Below are positions 36,489 through 49,559 of a stretch of DNA of 64,000 nucleotides, in pieces (the first letter of the stretch is position 1; each line of letters starts with the position of its first letter). This DNA comes from Octopus sinensis (Eukaryota): positions 61,008,001 to 61,072,000 of the forward strand of contig NC_043007.1 of assembly GCF_006345805.1 (NCBI RefSeq), in the 5' to 3' direction. Below the pieces are notes generated by a model. The model made no database searches. It was not told the origin of the DNA and was given only the letters and a program-made list of their open reading frames with translations. The position numbers and the translations under genes are program-made.

Positions 36489-39400
36489 CACACACACACA
36501 CATATATATACACACACACACATATATATATACACACACACATATATATATACACACACACACACATATATATACACACACACATATATATATATACACA
36601 CACATATATATACACACACACATATATATATACACACATATATATACACACACATATACATATACATACACATATACATATATACATATACATATATATA
36701 TACATATATATACACACACATATATATACACATATATATATATACATATATATATATACACATATATATGTCTATGCCCCTGCATGCAATCTGTCCCTGT
36801 TGAGTCTCTCCCCTACAACTCATCTTCCTTACTCTCAACCTTCCACTCTTCTGACTATGGTCCTATTCACTCAGAACTGCACATATTTCATCCTCCCTAT
36901 TGTGATGCCAATTATCACTCTCCCTGAAACTACTTCCTTTTGTCACCCATACTCTCAGTACTATCCCTTCATCTCCTTTTCCCTCATTCTGCCAATGGCA
37001 ACCCCAACTACTTTTGTCCATCACTCACTATTTTCGCCTCTGTACCTCTGACCTTGTCCCATGCACTGTTCATTTCTCTTGCACATTTCACATCATCTGT
37101 GCTCTCACTTATTACTTCACTGACCAATTATTTCCTTCACCTTTTCCCCCAACAAACTCATATTTGCCATTAACAATGTCCCTACTTGTGTTCACCATTC
37201 ACCTCTTTATTCATCAGCTACTCTCCTTTTACACTTTCGCAAACTTACTACCTACTTTTTCACTGTGTCTAATTTTCTGCCTTACTTCTCATAAATTCAC
37301 CTACTTGTGAATTAATGGCATGCCCAGACACCTTATTATCGCCATCTTCTCTCTTTTTCCAATTGGGGTAGCCATGTATCTTCTCTACAATAAGATACCT
37401 ATTCCTGTTCATCTATCATACTTTAACCACTCATCACCTGGTATTAAGCTACCTCCCTCAATTCTACACTTCCACTTATTGCAAGTTACTCAGTGACCTC
37501 ACTAGTGCCAGTACCATGAAAATCAATACACAGTACACTCTGTAAAGTAGTTGGTGTTAGGAAGAGCATCCAGCCTTAGAGACCATGCCAAAGCAGATAT
37601 AGCTTAGTGCAGTTTTTCTGGCTTATCAGAACCTGTCAAGCCATGACTCATGCCAGCAGAAAAAAACTGATGTTAAATAACGACAGTGATATTATGTATG
37701 TATGCATGTGTGTGTGTGTATGAATCATTGTTTCAATGCCCACTTTTCCATGCTCACATGTGTCAGACAGAATTTACTGAGATAGATATTTTACAGTCTG
37801 CTGCCTTTCTTGTCACTAATCTTTGCTTTTTCTGAGGCAACATAATATTTTTTCCATGGTAGGTCATGTTTTCACAGAAGACTGGAAACAAGGAACACTG
37901 TATAATGGTGATGCACATTTATAAGTATTACATATTGTCATGACAAGTTACAAGCATGCACACATACACATAAGTGATAGACTTCTTTTAGTTTCCATCT
38001 ATTATATCCACATACAAGACTTTGATTTGCCCAGAGCTACAGAAGAAGATACAGGTGCCACACAGTGGGATTGAACCCCACAAAAAGTAGTTAGGTGGGA
38101 GACAAACAGCTTCACCACTCAGTCATGCCTGCATCTATGTGTGTGTGTGTAGTGATGATTCTGTATAGTATGACCAGTAACTCAGCAGTTTGACAAATAT
38201 TGGTGATTAAATAAGTGTTAGGATTGGCCAAGTAGTACTCAAGTATGGTAGCAGTCCAGTGACTGAAATCAGTAAAGAATATCTATAAATAAAAGATCTT
38301 ACCTGATGACATCTTCAAGTTTCAAAGATGGAATAAACCTCTGAAGCTGTTTAACTTGAGCACCAATGAAAAGACCTCGGTACATTTCATTAAGACCAAA
38401 ACTTAAATTCTTCATTGCTATTTTTCTTAAACCACTGCAAACAAATATATAACATCATTAACCCTTTAACATTTGAACTGGCCATATCTGGCCTAAATAT
38501 TCTACCAGTTTTATGTTCAAATTTAGCCACATTCAGCCTCTCATACTTGCCCTACAATGTCATTTTAAAAATAAATGATAACATCATAAAAATCTCAAAG
38601 CTTCAAGATACTACATGCTTAATTGAAAACAATGTGAATAAATAAGTGTTACATTTGACAGAGTAATCTAATTGCTAAAGGGTTAATGTCAAGTGATTAA
38701 TTAAATAATGATAGAATTAATAATGAATTATCACCAAGCTAGCTTTCTGCAATTATTGGCATAATGACATCTAGACAATTGCATAACAAAATTATTAGAA
38801 TTATTTAAAAATGATATTAAGCTAAATTTAAATGTTAGTCTTTTTATAAAGCATAATTGTTGCTGTTTAACCTCAAGTCAGCCCTGATTGAGCCTATCTG
38901 TGACCCAAGACATTCTAGCCTTTATTATTCAATCTTTTTACTGACTTAAGATGCATTATCCAATGTATCCTCTTAAAAATGGTAGGGTCTGGTTTTAGAG
39001 TGATTTGGTTGCTATTTCTAGTGAGTTTTCCTGAAGGTTTGTTCATTAGGTGGATACAGCTAGCAATAACCTCATAGCATCTCTTCCTCATTCTTAACAG
39101 GATAAACAGCAACAACATCAATATACTTTAAAAAGGCTGAAGAAACCTGAGGGCACTGTTTCTCATCAAGATAGTAAAATTCAAATTTTGGTTCAAGCCT
39201 GAGAAAAAAAAACATTGATTTCTTACCTGTAAGACAGTGCGTCTATCATATCTTTGGCACTGAAACTAAAGAATGTATAGCCTTCTCTTTTGAAAGCCAA
39301 CACAGCATTTGGACCTAACCACACACTGCCATCAACACGAGGTGTGAAATGGACTCCAAGGAATGGAAATCTGGGATCAGGTACCTGTTAATAAAAATGA

Positions 39401-41665
39401 GTTAAGATATAAAAAGGGATTACAAAGATTACCCATGATTAAAAATAAAACCCAACAAATACCTGTGCTGAAAAATGTCATTGAAGAAGCATAAAAAAAA
39501 CAAAACAAAACAAAACAACACACACACACACACAAGTCATTAGCTTCGTGTGATTAAAATGCGAAATGTTTGTGTAGTTTAGAAGTTTGATTCTCAATTA
39601 CTTGGTGTTGAGTTCAGTCTCATTGCATGGCAACTTGGGCAAGTATCTTCTTTTTAATCTTCCATGAAAATATGTTTGGCTGTAAGGAAATATTACCTTG
39701 CTTCAAAACAGTTCAGGGTTAGTGACAGGATCGGCAGCAGGCTGTAGAAAATTTGCCTCGTAAAATTCTGACTAATGTGAGCTCGGAAAAGTGGATGTTA
39801 AAACAATAATGATGATGATATAATCACTTTATCCACAAGTCAGAAGAAGAGGGGAGGGGAGTTGAGACCATGTGGTGCAAAGGAGCGAAGAGAGAAGATT
39901 TATTCCTGTTTACAGCAAAGGCAGGAGTCAGGATGGACCCTGTGCAAGGACAATCCAAACACAGACAGGTATTTAATGAATTACTGGTAGAGCGGAAATG
40001 GTGTGAGACCAGGGTGTTGGTGCTGAGTCTAATATCTCGGAGGTGTTCTGCGAACCAGTCAGCCAAGCAGCTCAGTCATGAACTGTCAAGAAAATCTTTT
40101 ATGGCCAGTTACCTGAATTAGTTAAAATTTCAACTGAAAGAATTCATGGTTTATTATTGATACTTTGCCAACATCAGTTAAATCTTTAAAATAGACAGAA
40201 ATAACAAATGAGTACTCAACTGGATATATGTTTCCTCTGACCATATCACTCTTATGAGGTTTCAATAACAAGTAGTCACCACGGAATGGGACAATACGAG
40301 GTTTTCTATCACAACCAGTTTTCTCAGCCAGACGATCAGAATAGAGTCCACCACAGGTTATCAAATACTGACATTGTATTGCTTGATCCTGTGAAAAAAA
40401 AAAAAAAGGCAACAACATAATTTATATCAGTGAATATGTTACTGAAGAGGAATACTTTATCAATATAATATTAAGGTTATATTGTGTAGGTTGAATACTG
40501 TAGAGATTCTTCCACAATAGATTTTTTGTATATTCGTAAAGTCTACTATTTTAAGGCAAAAAAAAAAAAGAAATAATGTTGTTTATCTCTTTCATTCCTA
40601 AAATGCATGAATAAAGTGAACAACTGAAAACAGCTCCAATAGTGAACCAATGATTTTAAAGAGAAATCACAACAGTACAACAGAAGCAAAGTTTATTACA
40701 GAGTTGGTTAGGTAGTAAAATCTATAAGTTTGTGGCAAATCAACAACGTAGTAAGACATTACTGAGACAGATGTAGTTCATAGTTTAGAGTTAGGCACAT
40801 TAGCTCAGGGTACACTACAGCTCCAATAACCTACCAACTCAACCATTTATGATCTTTTATCTGCTAAGTACATTGGAAATTGTCAAAACTTTAGTGTGTC
40901 ACAGACTTCCTGCTAATGGTGGTACAAAAAAGTGGATCCACATTAAAAGATTTATTTTTTTATGTTCTTCACATTTATGGGTGGTGGTCCTTTTAGCTGT
41001 AGAGCACACCATGCCATCAGATTGTTGAGCAATGTATGTCTACTGTTTCTTCATGTCCACATATTCAATGATAGCAGACATCCATACAACAGCTAATCAT
41101 CAATTATGGGTGTACAGAATAATGTATGAATGCATTTGTGCATAGTCATGTGTGGATGCATTTGTGTATGTGTGTGTGAGTATAAATACATGTGTAAAAA
41201 GAAATTTGTTTCAATAAAAAAACATTTCTGCTTTTTTCATTATGTGTAATGCATAAGTGCATATGTATGCATGTGTGTGTGTGCAGATATATCTGTGAAT
41301 GTTTCTTTGAATGTGCATATACACATTATATGTAAGCAAATATTTTTTTAAAAAGTATCTTTTCTTTAAAAATCATTGTAGAAATTACCTTTTTCGCATC
41401 ACCCATAACTGTCACAGGATATTTTAAATTTTCTGTTGACATCAAAAACTTGTTAGCAGCAAAATCTGTGAAGATATGGCCTCCACATTTTTTAAAATTT
41501 TCTCCATAACTGAGAGCAACCTGTCTCCAATCTACAATTCCTGTATGGGGTGAATGAATAGCTCGCAGTCCCTAATAATACAAAGGAAAGACAAAACATA
41601 AATTTTAAAATGAAATTTTCTTGTTACTTAATTTAAAATTGAGAGCTTTTTTTCAACAGTACCAG

Positions 41666-41715
<50 letters not shown>

Positions 41716-44700
41716 CAATAACAAACAGTAGGGAATGTTACAGTTCTCCTAGTTCACTTTGTAGCATGCTTTTTACTTTTGTTATTCAGATACTGTTGAG
41801 ATGTTTTGCTTCTTTTGTTGGAGCTGATGTTCATCCTTTAACAAGTGGTGTTTAACAATTGGTTGAACATCTTAATTTGACCTGTTGAGCAATTGAAGGT
41901 GCCACCCCACTCCATTAAAAACCTTTAAAAAATTTAGTGTGGCATATATGGTTTAGTAACTGGTTACACAGTAATGAATGCACCACTGAAAACTTTGTCT
42001 TTATGTAATATATTTAGGTCATCTCAGTTTGGTAGAACCCATTTCTCTCTCTCTTATACTTTCATGTGGCTGTTGTCTATAGCAGGGCAAGCTAACAAAA
42101 TCTTCATCAGTTTCACAATATTACTACTTGCTATAATGTAACATTATTGCTATTAAGTGGCACCTATTTATAGACAAATAAACTGGGTTAAGTATATTGA
42201 CCATAGATACAACACAATGACATAGCAAGATACAAATGGCTAACTTCGCTAGTTGGCTACATATTCTCATAATATTTCTAAGATATGCATGTTCAAATTT
42301 TGCTAAGTATTCACTACATACAAAAGTCATGAAATAAACAGTAATAAATATATGTAATGATTGAAAACAATCATTCAAAACCTACAGCAATGAAAGGAAG
42401 CGCATTGTGTTCAGTGGTGTATAACAACATCTAATAGTCTGGTTGATATAGTGATACAGTGAATAAATAAAACAAGCATACAATTTCTTCCGTTCAACTT
42501 ACAACACAGTTTGGTTCAATATCTTGAATTTCTTTAGGGCCAACCATTCTCATGCCTTTCACATTGTTTTTCTGTCCTCGTTCATAGAGATTATCAAGCC
42601 TAGAAAGTTCCTCAGGATTCGTTGCTACAATCAACTGCCAGAAAAATAATCTTGCTTAAGTATAATTAGTAATATAACAGCAATTATGAAAAAAATTATT
42701 TACATACAACAATTTAACTCAGAATTGTAAGACTAATATTGTTTCCACACTGATAAGAAATATCAATAATTTCTTTACAATCCTAATACATAAATACACA
42801 TTCAAATACAAATATACATATACTATACCAAAAAAGTTAACTGCATCAGTTAGCAGAGAGTGAATACAAACAACAGCAATTTCATAAGGTCATCAACATC
42901 ATCATCATTGCTTTAACATCAACTTTTTCATGCTTGAATGGGTCAGATGATATTTTTTGAGGTCAATTTTCTATGGTCAGATGCTTTTTCCGGTCACCAA
43001 TCCTTACTTGTTTCTTTTGCTATAACCACCAGACAGAGGAAGATGGGCTGCCCTTCCCTACCTAAGCAGCAGCAATAATAACAATAGAAATAATGGAAAG
43101 AGCAGTGGAGAGACAGAGTGACAGTAGTGTCCTTGGCTAAATGCCTTCCAACATATACTTACCGTAAATCCTCGAGTATAGTCTGCCCTTGAGTATAATA
43201 CGCACCCTTTCTCTAACTTGAGTCAAGGAGGTCTATATAACGTCCTTGGTTTGTAAAAATGTATACGGTAACGTCCTTTATTATTATCGTATATATAACA
43301 TAATGCAAACGTGTAGCTTTTTTGTGCATTTTGTTAGCAGAAAATAAAGAAATAACAGTAATAACGTTTAATAAATGTTGCTTATTGCAAGTTATGGATG
43401 ATTCTTTTATGACTTCATTGCTTTCAGGCTTAGCTTAAGGTATCTTCGTGCCTGACAACACAAAATGCATCTGAATAAACATTGCCGGACAACAAATAGA
43501 GACTTGGACATTGCTTAGAAAATAATTTTCATTTTTAACCTCGTATATAGTACACACTAGGGATTTTGACCTTTAAATTTTGGGGGAAAAATGCGGATTA
43601 TACTCGAGGATTTATGGTATGTTCTTTTATATTCTGAGTTTAAATTCATAGAGATCAATTTAACTTTTCATCCTCTGGGAAAATAATATAGCCAACAACT
43701 CTATACTGGACTTCATTCAATTGATTATACACTGTTCCTCTATAAATTTGAAGTTAATGTAAGAAATCAATATTTGTAGGGTGCTGAAAGTCAGAAATAG
43801 CAAAGAGCTGGTTATAATGTCTTGTATTTAGAGTTGTTTCTTTACTTTCTGAATTCAATTCCAGTTAAATTTACCTTTCATTCAAGATTTTCCTATAAGA
43901 TAATGAAAGAATCAGTTTCACCATTGATAAAGATCACTTACCTTACCGCATTCCTTATAAGGTATGTTGTTTTCATCACAGTATTTGTATGCCTTGTGGA
44001 AGCCTTCAACGCACAACTTTGCCTTCAAAGACCCAGGTGTGTAGTATATTCCAGCATGTATAACACCACTGTTGTTGCCACTCTGATGTTTTGCTAGAGG
44101 TTATAAAGAATAGAAAATATTTTGTCTGTTGTTTATTTTTATTCCTTGGTTAGCACGGAAAAAGGAAAATTAGATGGTTAAAGACAGTTATGAATATACA
44201 TTTTTGATAGTTGACAAATGGCTTATTTCAGTGCTAACATTAACTTTTAAATTGATGACAGAAATGAAAGCAATTGGTTAAAATGAGAAGGGGAATTATT
44301 CAAATAATAATGAAACTGAAACTCCCTATACATAAAGTAATAATGACACAGTGATCAGAAATCCAAGAAAAAGCAGAACAGTTTTGACCTATTGTGTTTC
44401 ATCATTTGTGCACTTACTATTAGCACAAATCTGCACAATTTGCCTGCAACTTGATAGCTGAAATACTTACCTCTCCTTTATGGAGAACAGTCACTGATAT
44501 GAAACTGAAGCTATTGTACTGAGAAAATTCCATGTTGTTCCAAACATGTCCACATGATGCAGATATTAATCACTCTTAAACTTTCTCAAGTGCAATGAAA
44601 TAGATATGAACATTGTGGTTTAGAATTGGGTATGAATGACCCTTAAGTATATGCTTGATACTCAGAAGAAAAGATAACCTCTTATTATAAAGGGGACAGA

Positions 44701-47700
44701 TATATTAAGATTAAAGAAAAATAACACTTGAAACAGGAATGCTTAAAATGAATTATAATTTATATGTATACATGTATGTGCATATATAGAGTGAACAAAT
44801 GAAAGAAAGTCACTGTCAACACATTTGGCTGAAGTTACATGTATTTAATAACAGTTTGACTCAGCTCCCCTTTACTTAGTTTCATATGCACTTCGTTGGG
44901 AGTTCAAAAGGAATAAAGAACCATTGCATGAAAACAGGCTGTAGTGTGAGACAGCAATGCTAAACAAAATAAAGATGAACCCCACAGTATTTGAATATCT
45001 ACTTGATGTTTGTGCACTAACTGCACCTTATTACAGTGAATACAAAAAAAGAATGATCCAGAGCTAAAAGTTTTCAAGCTTGGCATCCACAAATAAGTAT
45101 CTTTTTGTGTTTCTACAGAATGATTTGAAAAGCAAGCATATTTACCATAATTATCCATGAAAGGTGCAATGGGGAGGTTATGACCAAAACCAAAAGCAGA
45201 AACAATCAAACCAGCACCAGATGAACAAAACCAGTTGTACAAAAAACAAAGAATATTGAAAGGAAAGAACTTAAAGCAGCCACAACACAAACAAATGAAA
45301 TTATCCAATCTCTTTTTGATAAAGTAAAAGGAATATTTAGATTCATTTACTATTTAATCTGAAATTCACAACCTAAACACTGTTTAAGTGGGAATTTCAT
45401 TTTAAATAAAAGTTAGTACTTAACATACTCTATAAAAACAATTCAACTAAATAAATCATAAAGTAAAGTATCATACCTAATTCTTTCTCTTTTTCTAAAA
45501 CAGCAAAAGATAGATTTGGATGTCGAAGAATCAACTCTCTTGCTGTTGCCAGACCAATAATTCCACCTCCTACTATAACGATATCATATTCTTTTTTGGG
45601 ACTGTAAAATAAAATAAAATAAAAAGAATAATTTTTTTAGAAATAAAATATCAAAATGGCAATGAAGGTGTAATTAAAAAGTATTGAAAGAGGAATACTA
45701 AATGAATATAGGAAATAAAATAATATAGGGAAAAAAAATAATAATGATAATAATACTTTCTACTGTAGGCACAAAGCCTGGATTTTGTGAGGAGTGGGAC
45801 AGTCAATCACATCAACTCTAGTACTCAACTGGTACTTAAGTTTTCAACCCACCCTGAAAGGATGAAAGGCAAAATCAACCTCGGTGGAATTTGAACTCAA
45901 AATGTAGCAGCAGACAAAATACCACTAAGCATTCCATCCAGTATGCTAACAATTCTGCCAGCTCACCACCTTAATAATAATAATATGCCCTGATGCAGTA
46001 CCAGGTGGTGGCTCTCATGGCTTTTGATCTTAACTGATTGGAAGTGCGATCATGTCCATTGTTTTGTCTTAGTATAAGAGGTGGGCTACAGCAAATATTC
46101 TGCTCAATACCACAGATTTGCTTGTTAATTGTTTGACCATAACCAGTTGAGCATGTACATCTCTGATCATGAGCAGAAGTAGTGGGGGAGCATCATAGCC
46201 ATATGTTGAGAGGAATTCTTTGGGGTTTGAATAATTCACGTCTGAAAACATGAGTGTTTCATTCATCATCCTTAAACAAACCTTATTTAGGGACCTTTAG
46301 AGAGGGATGGGCTACTCAATCTGAAGAAAATTCTAACTGGGCCCCACCTGCAAGGTCATGCACTGTTTATCTTGATATAGGATCACCATGTCATGCACAT
46401 ATGGTTGTGATGTATTTGCCTGGTGTACCCTTATTGGACAGGTAGTCATGATGGGTATATTGGGCTTTGTACATTTGTACCCCAGTGTCACTTTGATTGC
46501 ATGTGCTGCCTATATAATAGTAATAATAATCAACATCATCATCATTATTTAACGCCTGCTTTCCATGCTGATATGAGTTGGATGGTTTAACTGGAGCAGG
46601 CAAGTAGGAGAGTGGAACCAGTTTCCAGTCTGATTTGGCTTGGTTTCTATGGCTGAACACCTTTCCTAATGCTAACCACATCACAGAGTACTTTTTGCAT
46701 GGCACCAGCACAGGTACTTTTATGTGGTGCAGACAGAAGTGATATAATGTAATGCCAGCATGAAAATTTTTTATGTGGTGCTACCACAGGTGCCTTTATA
46801 AGGTACCAGCACAGGGCTCTTGCTGGCCAATCCTTTTAAGTAGGGAGAGCGGCATTAACAGTTCTGCTATGCAGGGCAGGTCTTCTTCAGTATGTTGTAT
46901 GTTGTAACAATAAATTGTTAGTCAGAGTATGAACCTCTTTTCTATGTGGTATACATAGTTAGTGCATCAAAGCCACTTAAAAAATGGTGTCAATTTTTGT
47001 ATTTAATTTACTGTTTGGAATTTATATTTCCCAATTTTTTTGTTGTGGCTGCTGTTGATGCAATTTGTTTTACACCGAATGTTCTTACTATTGATAACCA
47101 CTCAACCGTGAAGTAGAACTCTGTTTTGTTTATTTTATAATAATTTGGTTACTGCCATCTGAAACTAAGAGGTGCACAAAAAAGGTGAGGCATTATCTCA
47201 GGTTTGACATGACATACTGATTGATTTGACCAAGCCCAACTTCATCATCCATCTTCACAGAGGTCTGAGCCAAAGTGATGAGGGAATGAACCAGAAGACA
47301 ACTCTTATTTTCCAGTGCACAAAGCCATAGTCATATTCCTCTGCTACTTATTGCAATCCACAGCTACTTCAGAGAACTATACAAGCTACCACATTCTGCT
47401 TGTTATGTGAAACTAGCAATAGGTAGCGTGGTGAATCCTTTTGAGGTTCTAATATTATCTAATTTCTTTGTCTCTTACAAAACATTTGAGATCTGGTGCT
47501 ATTACTATATTACCCCAGTGCTCAGTAGGATCCTACTTGGATATAGAAAATTGCAATAAATCAATACCAGCATTTGGAACTAAGACTCCAAGGGGACCCA
47601 TGTAGAATGAAAAAGGGGAAGACAAATTACCAAGTTTTTAAAAAATTAAGATGGTTTTAAACATTTTCAATTTGTTCAAAACTATGACGAGGGAAAAAGA

Positions 47701-48670
47701 ATTGCATGATACGTAGAAAAGAAAACAAGAGTTTGCTTTATAAAGGGAGATCACTCTCGTCACAATTAGTGACCTAACGTGTGTAGGACCGATGACAGTT
47801 TCTGAGGACCAGTGGGGTTGGCAAGTATTCGAACGGGCCTACCCTAAACGTGAGATATTTCTCTTCTCGGCATACCTAATGGGGAGGGGGGCACAAACTT
47901 TTTGTTCGTAGATTAGCATGCAGACAGATGTGAATTTTAGTGATACTGGTCTTAGTATGTTAGAACATGGTTACATAATTTATAACGTTAAATTGGTGGC
48001 TTTGTTAAAATTAGGTACAGAAATTCAGTTTTAAAATGTATTTATGAATGATTTATATAATTCAATATTGAAAATAAAAATAAAATGTATATACAAAACT
48101 AGATATTTTACATAACGCTTGAATACTGATTGCTCAGCAGAAAGCTGTTGTACTAGTCATTTTGGATCTTTTCATTTTCGTCGCTTTATATATTTTTAAT
48201 TACTGCAACAATAAGGAGCAAAAGTAGATATTTAGAAAATGGGAGTTACGATTATGACCATAAAAAATTGAAAGCATGGGTACTCCAAAACAGCGCATTC
48301 TATATCAACGAAGGTGGAGCAAAGAAAAGTACGGCGACACCTAGACGCTTCTATATAAAACTGAATCAATAAAATATAACTTGGTGATATTCAAAGGTTA
48401 AATCAAATATTTCGAAATCAGAATAAGAAAATTACATTTATACAAACAACTACACGTCGGTTTTTACAAAGTAAAGTGAGGTTTACAGTTAAGTATTAAG
48501 GTAACTTGGAAGTTATCGGAGTAGGCAATGCGATGGATACACACTTACTTTGTATGCTCTGCAGAACAAACTTCGCTGTTTTGACGAGGAAAAACCCATT
48601 TAAAACCAGAATGAACACTGAGACCCACTCTGGCATTGAGCAATGTTTTACTTAATACAGTCGCTGCCAT
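34444..48670 (-). CDS. L2HGDH: L-2-hydroxyglutarate dehydrogenase, mitochondrial (complete, 9 exons, 455 aa)
   Basis: Exons 48549-48670, 45477-45601, 43942-44093, 42503-42634, 41389-41571, 40221-40388, 39227-39384, 38303-38434, 34444-34639 join in frame (1368 nt), all GT-AG. Motifs: FAD-binding [64 protein letters not shown]. The N-terminus [19 protein letters not shown] is presequence-like. Confidence 0.97.
35705..36770. repeat. Compound (TA)n/(CA)n microsatellite, about 1.07 kb
   Basis: Almost uninterrupted purine/pyrimidine alternation inside L2HGDH intron 8. Confidence 0.98.
38303..38434 (-). CDS. L2HGDH: L2HGDH exon 8 (GLRKIAMKN...LQRFIPSL)
   Basis: Phase 2/2; family similarity. Confidence 0.94.
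38462..38682 (-). mobile_element. piggyBac-type MITE (second well-preserved copy)
   Basis: TTAA at 38458-38461 and 38683-38686; CCCTTTA...TAAAGGG termini. Confidence 0.88.
39227..39384 (-). CDS. L2HGDH: L2HGDH exon 7 ([16 protein letters not shown]...GPNAV)
   Basis: Phase 0/2; family motifs. Confidence 0.97.
39835..40100 (-). mobile_element. Penelope-like element, GIY-YIG endonuclease C-terminal fragment
   Basis: [18 protein letters not shown], and after a frameshift [12 protein letters not shown], resembling the RxxEH / HF / PxGLN motifs of PLEs. Confidence 0.72.
40221..40388 (-). CDS. L2HGDH: L2HGDH exon 6 (CGGLYSDR...IVPFRGDY...NIYP)
   Basis: Phase 0/0; family motifs. Confidence 0.96.
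41389..41571 (-). CDS. L2HGDH: L2HGDH exon 5 ([19 protein letters not shown]...)
   Basis: Phase 0/0; TGIVD motif. Confidence 0.95.
42503..42634 (-). CDS. L2HGDH: L2HGDH exon 4 (LIVAT...IEPNCV)
   Basis: Phase 0/0; family similarity. Confidence 0.95.
43162..43617. mobile_element. Tc2/pogo-like MITE (Tc1/mariner superfamily)
   Basis: TA|CCGTAAATCCTCGAGTATAGTC ... GATTATACTCGAGGATTTATGG|TA. Confidence 0.85.
43942..44093 (-). CDS. L2HGDH: L2HGDH exon 3 ([17 protein letters not shown]...ECGK)
   Basis: Family motif; phase 1/0. Confidence 0.97.
45477..45601 (-). CDS. L2HGDH: L2HGDH exon 2 ([24 protein letters not shown]...EKEKEL)
   Basis: Rossmann GxGxxG motif; phase 2/1. Confidence 0.96.
48549..48670 (-). 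CDS. L2HGDH: L2HGDH exon 1 (putative mitochondrial presequence)
   Basis: ATG at 48670-48668; open frame to an aa|gtaagt donor in phase 2, matching exon 2. Confidence 0.8.
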
Positions 48671-49118
48671 ATTCGATGTGTGCAATTTTTTTTCCTTTCA
48701 CTTTGACCCAGATTACATTTATTTACCGTCTCATAAAAGATACACAATCACTGATAAAGCCAGACGAAACATTAGCACGATCGCATACAGACTAACGCGC
48801 ACAATAGGTGTGGATATATATTGACTGTATTCAAGAAGTATTTTTAACCTTGGCCTAAAACAAGTTCCTACAAAAGAAATTGGCAACTAACTTCTAACTG
48901 GTTAGATTTCTCAGTTTATATATCCGTCAACTTCCACAATCTAGTGTTGATTTAGTAAAATTAGCTCATATGCTCTATGGCGTGTGATGTGATTTTCAAC
49001 GGATACTAAATGGCAGATCGACATTATATGATCTATTCTGGATATTCACTGACATATAAACAATGTGAGAGAACATGCATGATTCTAACCGTACTAAAGC
49101 TGAGACCCAAACTAGTTC

Positions 49119-49355
49119 GGTACTACTTGAGAACAGTGGTCCCGGTGCGCGCACTCGCGCATCCGCGCTAGCTAGTCGTGACTAGTCGATTCTACAACGA
49201 CTACCCAGCAAAGTAAATAAAACACAAAATAATTTTTTTACACAAAGTAAGTAATTTTTGTTAAACAAAGTAAATAAAACACAAAGTAAGGATCAACTAG
49301 TCAAGACTAGCTAGCGCGAGTGCGCGCACCGGGACCACTATTCTCTAGTAGTACC
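49119..49355. mobile_element. CpG-rich MITE with about 65-70 bp TIRs and a 5 bp TSD
   Basis: AGTTC|GGTACTAC...GTAGTACC|AGTTC; arms 49119-49190 and 49291-49355. Confidence 0.85.
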
Positions 49356-49559
49356 AGTTCGAAATCGTGGCTGTCAAGAGGTGTAGAAAACATTCGCACG
49401 TGTGTATGCTCGCACATATTATATCTGGGCGGAGTTACGGGGATTTTTCCATTTTTACCACCACGGCCTTTGAAATGATGAGGTGGGGTGGGAGGAAAGG
49501 CTTTCCTATGTAAGACAATTTGAAAATGAATGATTTTTTTTTCGCAGACCGATGTTAAT

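Noticed and set aside
35594-37051. Several 190-460 aa ORFs (YIYTH / CVCVY repeats) on both strands
   Set aside because: They are translations of a stop-free (TA)/(CA) microsatellite and have no splice or homology support.
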